Positions 59,361 through 63,035 of a stretch of 63,035 bases of DNA are shown here, piece after piece. The notes beneath the pieces were generated by a model that was not told the DNA's origin, made no database searches, and saw nothing but the letters and a program-made list of their open reading frames with translations. A program made the translations under genes and the position numbers. The stretch is taken from assembly GCA_000708835.1 (NCBI GenBank), contig DF237474.1, positions 2,828-65,862 on the forward strand. Reading direction: 5' to 3'. The stretch's first letter is position 1, and every line of letters starts with the position of its first letter. This DNA comes from Klebsormidium nitens. Its lineage: Eukaryota > Plantae > Klebsormidiophyceae.

Positions 59361-60116
59361 TGCTCTACGAACTCGAGGCGATTCACTCCGAGGAGGTAGT
59401 TTATCACGCTGACGCAGATTGTAAGAAACAAGATTGTCTTGCGTTGTCGAACATAAAACTGAGTAGGCGACACAGCATTCGCTGGCTTCAAACTTTCGGG
59501 TCTCCTTCCGAGGCTGGCAAGCTCATTCTTTGCTGGATCTTATTTTTTTAAATGCGCCGCCGCACTCTGGCAGGTCACTCTCTAGATTTTGGCAGCTAGC
59601 TTCAGAGGCCTAGGATCTATTTGGTAAGCTGAACAAGCCCGCTAGCGGAAGCTGAACAAGACTTTCTTTGAATGACCAGGAACATCATTCAATTTCATGC
59701 TGCATGTCATGAGCTAGAAGCCTATATGCAGCGGGTGGCTACGGCATGTGATAGAGAACATTACCGTACCAGATCTACCAAGTAGGTCCACGCTTTCTCA
59801 AGATATTGAAAGCGTCCGCGTATGCATGAGGTAGTACATTTCATGTGTAAGCTACTGTTGTAGGCAATCACTTACAATGTGCGTCTCATGGCACGTGTCG
59901 TAGGTCGCGCGGTGCTTCGAGCATTCGATGGCCAATGCAAGCGATGATGCAACCATCAGTCGTGTTATAGGACGAGCAAATACAATTGGAGATAATAGTC
60001 TTCGACCAAATTCGTTGTGAAGCTCAGCTGTTCAACGAGAAGGAGTAGTTATTCAGCAGTATTTACAAGCTGTATTTACAATCAAGTACAACCCGTCTGG
60101 ATTTGACGGGACCAAG

Positions 60117-63035
60117 CTAGTATGGAAGCTCTTTCCTCATCCAGATGCTCCGGTAGTTCAGATCCACCTCCTCGCCGAATACCGCTGGTACTGGAACCGG
60201 GAGCATGTGGACGATCTCGGTGATTGTCCTGATGTCTATGACGGACACCTGAGGCTGACGCGGTCGCGTTTCCCAACGGTATACCGGACACCTGGCTGCG
60301 TCCACGGCTCTGGGCAGTCGCTGATACCAGCGAACGAGTGCCAGACAGTAGAACACGTCCGCGCCAGGGCGACCTTTTCCGCGAAGACTCTTGACCGCCC
60401 GCCTCTTCAGCTTCATCCGGAAGAGCATCAGGACCTTGGCAATCCACGGCTCATCGCCGTCAGCTTGCACCACCGCCACGTCCTTGAAGACCGGCCGGCC
60501 CATGAAAGCCGGGCATGCTCGAAGGCGGTGGGTCTCGACGCGTTCGTTCGCCTCGGATGGAGCGACGTAGAGGGTATAGTTGATGTAGATCTGCAACATA
60601 AAATGGTACGGTGCTTGCCTATCTCGAACTTAATGATCCGAACGATTCAAGTCAGCCCAGCTTGGACAAGCGGTCGACATTAACAGAGCAGAACTTGTCG
60701 CTGCGCGGCCTCTTAAGCTTGGCGTCAAAAGAGCTTCTGGCACAGTGGCCATCAAAAATCTCAGCGCAATCAGGCTGTTAATTTGTGGCATCTTGGACGA
60801 AACAAGACGTACCTTGCCGTCTTCTGGCGCTGGCCAAGCAGCGGTCTTGGCTTTGACGGCACTGGCGTAAGCCTGGACCTGCCTATCATCCAGTCCTTGG
60901 ACTTCCCGAAGGATGAAGAAGCCAATCTGCTCGGGTAGCTGCTTGTAGAAGTAACTCAGAGGCTCTCGCTTGAAGGAGCCGTCCTTGTTCCTTGCTTCAG
61001 GGTGGAGTCTTGGCATCCAAGGAGGCCTGTGCCTCATCCAGGCTCGAAGCGATTTTTTCGGCTTGCTCACTGGTAACGAAGAGGACAAAAGGGTCAATAA
61101 GACGGGGAGTGTTCTTCTACATCATTCACTGCCGCTGAGGCAGCCCTTCCAAGGCAGCCCTCGCGGGGCAGAACAAAACGCTACGAGAGGCAACCATTCT
61201 CTGTCGGAAATCCCCAAGTTGCTGAGTTTTATGCGGCTCTGTGATAGCAAGACGGATCGTGACTTACGCGACAAGCCCAGGCGAGGTTTTTTCGGAGCGT
61301 CGATGTCCTTGAGCTTGACATCGATGGTACTCGTCAACGCGAGCTGGTTGGTACCACTGCTGAAGGCCGTCTCGTCCGCACTCCTGTTCTCCCGAGTCCT
61401 GAAATCCCGGCCTCGAAACCAGCTGATGACCTTGAGCCTGTTTGAGGCCAGGCTGCTTTGCCACCTGCGAAAAAGGCACAGACACCGAGTCATTGGAAGA
61501 TTATCAAAGATTGCAGCAGTCAGCTAAGAAAGTCCTACAAGTCTTGCGACTTATCTGAAACAAGTCTCTGGTTCCAACACTCGGTGTGCAATGGTCGCTT
61601 TACAAAAGAGACGATGCAATTACGCTCGATGCACATAGTAGAGCGGCTGGGACTAGCAGGCTTTGAAAGGGAGCCTCAAGCAGAGCTTCAAGCAGATGCG
61701 AAACTCACTGATTGACCATCCGGGGGATCAACTCCGAGGGCTTGGCACCGATGGCATGGAACCAAGACTTGATGAGCTCGTGAGCTCGTTCGCCACGATC
61801 CGTGTTGCTGAAGCTGTAGGAAAACAAGCAACACGAGTAAGACAACCGCATTTGTCCCTTAGAAAACTCCAGCGCTGCCCACTCAGAAAGGAAAACGAAA
61901 CAAGTCTTCATTGCCTAGGGAAACAGAATGTTCGCTCAGCTTTTAAACGTAGATTGGTACCTATCAGACAGCGTATCCTTACTCTGCGTGACCGTTTCGG
62001 ATTGTAGCGGGCTTGAACAAAGCGAGCTGGAACATCTTCTGGAAAGCCCAACCCAGCTCATTCCCGTTAACCCCTTTCCGAAGGTGACCGGTTGCGTCGC
62101 ACGCGTCCTGGAACTTAAACAGCAGCCTGTCGGACTCCTCCAGGCTGATGTCATCCGGTTCCTTGTTCCACAGGGTCACGTTGATCCACCGGTTCAGGGC
62201 GTTGACCCAGTTGACGAGGATGTCACTATGCCGTTCGTCCTTGCAAAGGTTTGCGAGGATGCAGGCAAGTATCTGCATGCAAGAAGTGTGTGGCCCCGGT
62301 TTGAAAACTGGGCGACCAAGCATGTCCAGGTGATCGCAGCCGTCCTCGCAATCCTTGATCGGTTGTCGACTCTGCAACTTACGATGGTGGCGGGAAACAG
62401 CGCCTCACTGCTTAGACATCGAGCAGGCACGCATTACAGGATGACTTCGAAACGAGGAAGGGGAATGTGACAGAGCGAGGTGCCCGACTAACCTGGAGGA
62501 CACCAGCCTTTTCCCGATGGGAGCAGTTGTGGGAAGTTGAGAAGTGGGTCTTGTTGGAAGGAAGGCGCATGGTCGGGGGTTTGTCGGTGGTAAAGGCATA
62601 GTGCACGCCTCTGTCCAAAGCCAACAGTAGCTTTTTCTGTTCGCCGCGCGGAGCGCAGGTTCTTAGGATCTTGTAGAGGTGGACCCCCACCAGGCTCCCG
62701 TACACAACGTGCAACTCGTCCGGGCCCAGAAAGCACTCCTGAAGGGGTAACTCCTCCTGGAACGCAGTGCCCTCGAGGAACATCTGCCAATCGAAAGGGG
62801 AGGAGCGAAAGGTTTAGTACTTGGTCAATTCTCAAAAAGAAAGACCGCCTTCAACCAGTCAGTCTCCAGGAACTACAAAGCCCACTCGGCTCGATCAAAC
62901 CAAGAAGTGGCAAAAGGACGATGAACCAAGCTTGAACGTGTCAGAGGGCCGCATGTCGAACAGCATTGTGACGGTTGGACAGGGTCACACGCTGCCTGTC
63001 TACTTCACATGTGCGGAAACCATGCGAAGCTTCTC
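60117..63035 (-). CDS. Spliced Plavaka/CMC-like DNA transposase, 3' part (5' end outside the window)
   Basis: PDELHVVYGSLVGVHL; WAFQKMFQL...IRNG...FSNTDRGERAH; C-terminal LRACPAF.GRPVFKDVAV...AKVLMLF...LALVRWY...VIDIRTI. These resemble Plavaka-type transposase motifs as I recall them. Confidence 0.6.

Noticed and set aside
1-63035. rRNA or tRNA genes
   Set aside because: None recognised. The only tRNA-related sequence is the 18-nt E2 PBS.

Overview
Eukaryotic, transposon-dense window with GT-AG introns and three N-gaps. A streptophyte alga such as Klebsormidium is an inference, not something the sequence shows. Bases 1-46155 are a nest of Ty3/gypsy retrotransposons. E1 (1-~1000, +) is a chromovirus integrase/chromodomain tail. 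E2 (3167-14534, -) is tRNA-Asp primed and carries an F-box-like ORF after integrase. E3 (15262-46155, -) is interrupted by E4 (21014-35588, +). E3 and E4 both encode a C5 cytosine methyltransferase between protease and RT, end in an integrase-PHD finger, and appear self-primed. Main discovery: E2, E3 and E4 lack ordinary paired LTRs. Each is laid out as B-PBS-ORFs-PPT-A-(2 nt)-B-A, with the TG...CA termini at an internal CA-NN-TG junction of the PPT/PBS-defined LTR. E3 and E4 have exact 4-bp TSDs. This layout is what a 2-LTR circle opened inside one LTR and inserted by a DDE integrase would leave. It resembles the split repeats of Ngaro/PAT elements, but no tyrosine recombinase is visible. Bases 46160-63035 hold MITEs and microsatellites, then spliced genes: two coiled-coil genes ending in paralogous piggyBac-type Cys-rich exons, a SET-domain gene and a Plavaka/CMC-like transposase. 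All protein calls are by-eye motif recognition; no database search was run.
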